This document shows positions 36,649 to 38,596 of a stretch of DNA of 38,596 nucleotides, in pieces; position 1 is the stretch's first letter, and each line of letters begins with the position of its first letter. The position numbers were made by a program, and so were the translations under genes. The DNA is from a virus (lineage: Duplodnaviria > Caudoviricetes). Below the pieces are notes generated by a model that worked only from the letters and a program-made list of their open reading frames with translations, did no database searches and had not been told where the DNA came from. The stretch is taken from IMG/VR virus record IMGVR_UViG_3300032257_000052, positions 1 to 38,596 of that record. One strand, 5' to 3'.

Positions 36649-36882
36649 GTGAATATGAATGATGAACAGTTAAAAACAAAAGAAGAATATGAATATCGTA
36701 AAAATTACATTTACGCACAAAAAGACTTAGACGATGCCAGAGAAGAAGAATATTTACTAGGCTTAAAACACGGAACCGAGATAAGAAATTATGAATCATG
36801 GCTAAGCACTGAGGTTGCACGCGCACTTATAATTTGTATTCTGATTGTTCTCATCGTTATTATGGTTAAATTATATACCTAA
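36649..36882 (+). CDS. Hypothetical protein with C-terminal TM segment
   Basis: ALIICILIVLIVIMV. Confidence 0.5.
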   Translation: MNMNDEQLKTKEEYEYRKNYIYAQKDLDDAREEEYLLGLKHGTEIRNYESWLSTEVARALIICILIVLIVIMVKLYT

Positions 36883-36892
36883 AGAGAAAATT

Positions 36893-37195
36893 ATGATTGT
36901 TGAAAACCGAGCTATTAATATAATTAATTCATATCCTAAAGATCATGGATTTACTCGCAGGGGATTAGCAAAAGAGGTTGGATGCCATCCTAAATCAATC
37001 ACGTCTCTGATGTCTGATTTAAGAGCATCCGGCCATATATCAGCTTATACGTCTAACCAGGAATACACTTATAACCGTGTTACTGATGAAATCCCGCATA
37101 TTAAACGCACGTTGAAGGCAAAGCGTAAGCCGATCAAACATAAGCCGTTCACAGATGTGATGAGTATTTTTAATTCAATGCCAAAACCGTATTAA
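36893..37195 (+). CDS. Winged-HTH DNA-binding protein
   Basis: FTRRGLAKEVGCHPKSITSLMSDLRASGHI; likely ATG at 36893. Confidence 0.6.
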   Translation: MIVENRAINIINSYPKDHGFTRRGLAKEVGCHPKSITSLMSDLRASGHISAYTSNQEYTYNRVTDEIPHIKRTLKAKRKPIKHKPFTDVMSIFNSMPKPY

Positions 37196-37255
37196 TATAT
37201 GCTATGCTAACATCTGGTAAATTAGTTTCTATCATTTCTAATTTATTCAGAACTT

Positions 37256-37286
37256 CCCGTTAATCTCCCAGGTTAGCGGGTTTTTT
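37256..37286 (+). terminator. Intrinsic terminator at the convergence of the two arms
   Basis: CCCGTTAAT-loop-GTTAGCGGG followed by T6. Confidence 0.75.
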
Positions 37287-37293
37287 ATGCCTT

Positions 37294-37680
37294 TCATGAT
37301 TTATTGGTTTGCTCAATTAAGATTTCAAGCATCCCTTCTATTTTAGATACAGAGGTTTTGGTCTCAACCACGGAATCTCTTGTGATCTTGTGTTCATCTT
37401 TAAACATATCAGTGATTGACTCTGTTTTTCTGTCGAGCTTTTCACTTAGATAATTATTGCCAGCCCTGAACTCTGCTAAAGCGTCCTTAATGTCGTCTTT
37501 TGTCGCATAATGAGCTTCGATGACGTCCACTCTTTCCTCAAGTCTTTTAAATTTTGCCCCTGATCTTCTAATTAACAAAGCAGATAAAAAGGCAAAAATG
37601 GCACCAACCCATTGCCACACTATGCTATCGGGTAGATTCATTCTTTTTACCGCCTTTAAAGCTTTATTGATATAAGTCAT
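37294..37680 (-). CDS. Single-TM coiled-coil protein, possible holin-like
   Basis: IVWQWVGAIFAFLSALLI followed by a coiled coil ending VSKIEGML; last gene of the late arm. Confidence 0.5.
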   Translation of the reverse strand: MTYINKALKAVKRMNLPDSIVWQWVGAIFAFLSALLIRRSGAKFKRLEERVDVIEAHYATKDDIKDALAEFRAGNNYLSEKLDRKTESITDMFKDEHKITRDSVVETKTSVSKIEGMLEILIEQTNKS

Positions 37681-37741
37681 AAGGCAAGTGCCCTTATCTT
37701 AGTTTAGTACACTTTTAACATTTTGCTATCACCCGTATGAG

Positions 37742-37885
37742 TTAATAGTAAATCACGGCAACATCATGGCGATAATCGTTTTCGTTTGTCCAGTGTAGAT
37801 AAGAGTCGTAAATACGCAACCGGTCAGCCAGTGTGCCGGTTATGCTGTATTGTCGATACCAATTTTTAAAGCCTATATATTGCAT
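37742..37885 (-). CDS. Small hypothetical protein (47 aa, not in the ORF track)
   Basis: MQYIGFKNWYRQYSITG...; starts 2 nt after the SGNH stop. Confidence 0.35.
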   Translation of the reverse strand: MQYIGFKNWYRQYSITGTLADRLRIYDSYLHWTNENDYRHDVAVIYY

Positions 37886-37887
37886 TT

Positions 37888-38596
37888 TTAGGCTATTTCC
37901 AGCTCTTGCCGCCACAATTGAATTCTGGTCAATACCTCACCAGCCACCCTTCTGGCACCTTCTATTGATAAATGAAGCCCGTCTGCTGAATAATTAGGTG
38001 TCGTTCCTAATCCATCCGATAGTTTATCAGGATCAGTAGAATCAGCTAATTGTGAGTACAGCGGGATAAATATATAACCTTTTGCTAGCGCATACTCTTT
38101 TATGCGGCGATTTAATCCCCAGGTTTGAATTTGATCTCCATTGGTCTCACTGAATCCGGCGTTTGCGTTCCAAGGGGTGATTTCAGTTAGCGCAGGCGTT
38201 TTGCCAGATGCCACAATCTTGTCGCAAATAACTACAATGTTTTCCATTGCGCTATCTATGGTTAAATTATCCGCAGTGCCTACTGAAATATCATTGACAC
38301 CGGTATTGCACAAGACAACCACATCTGGTGCCAACTGATTGGGCTGATAATCAGACTGTTGCTCATCTCCACCCGTTGAGAAAGTGCGCCGTAAAAGCGT
38401 ACCCGCAAGCGCCTTATCTATATCATTGCTGAATGTGCCAAAAACGGTAGGGCCAATTATGTCGCTAGTCTTCCATCCACCGCTAGCGTGAGTGTAAGAT
38501 GCGCCATTAATTCCCATCGCCAGTGATAAGGCTTCGCCAATATCGTTATTTCCATCTGAGCGAGAATCACCAAAAATTAATATGGCGCTTCCTTTG
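37888..38596 (-). CDS. 3' part of the SGNH/GDSL hydrolase (putative acetylesterase, possibly virion-associated)
   Basis: SGNH blocks: FGDS, SGGWKT, NTGVND, DGLH. Confidence 0.85.
   Translation of the reverse strand, partial: KGSAILIFGDSRSDGNNDIGEALSLAMGINGASYTHASGGWKTSDIIGPTVFGTFSNDIDKALAGTLLRRTFSTGGDEQQSDYQPNQLAPDVVVLCNTGVNDISVGTADNLTIDSAMENIVVICDKIVASGKTPALTEITPWNANAGFSETNGDQIQTWGLNRRIKEYALAKGYIFIPLYSQLADSTDPDKLSDGLGTTPNYSADGLHLSIEGARRVAGEVLTRIQLWRQELEIA
38470..38596. repeat. Terminal direct repeat, copy 2
   Basis: Identical to 1-127. Confidence 0.95.

Overview
This window appears to be a complete circular genome of a short-tailed dsDNA phage. Bases 1-127 equal 38470-38596, most likely an assembler overlap, giving a unit length of about 38,469 bp. 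The host is probably a proteobacterium (inference). The layout is lambdoid. A divergent promoter region at about 31.3 kb drives a leftward arm (cro-like HTH, many small accessory ORFs, O-like initiator with iterons, DnaB, YopX, HNH-AP2, terminase, portal, scaffold, epsilon15/BPP-1-type capsid and cement, P22-like tail and ejection proteins, beta-helix tailspike, and an SGNH esterase spanning the origin). It also drives a rightward arm (YqaJ exonuclease, DUF968-like and nuclease genes, small HTHs). I could not recognise an integrase, CI repressor, endolysin or reverse transcriptase. The most unusual part is 26-30 kb. Small ORFs there are joined by a recurring stop-to-start linker. They are interspersed with two diverged, covarying structured leaders of about 200 bp, each attached to back-to-back promoters. 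The opposite-strand promoters drive either a two-hairpin small RNA (two homologous copies in the region) or a CAU-anticodon tRNA. All protein calls come from motif recognition and synteny by eye, not from database searches.
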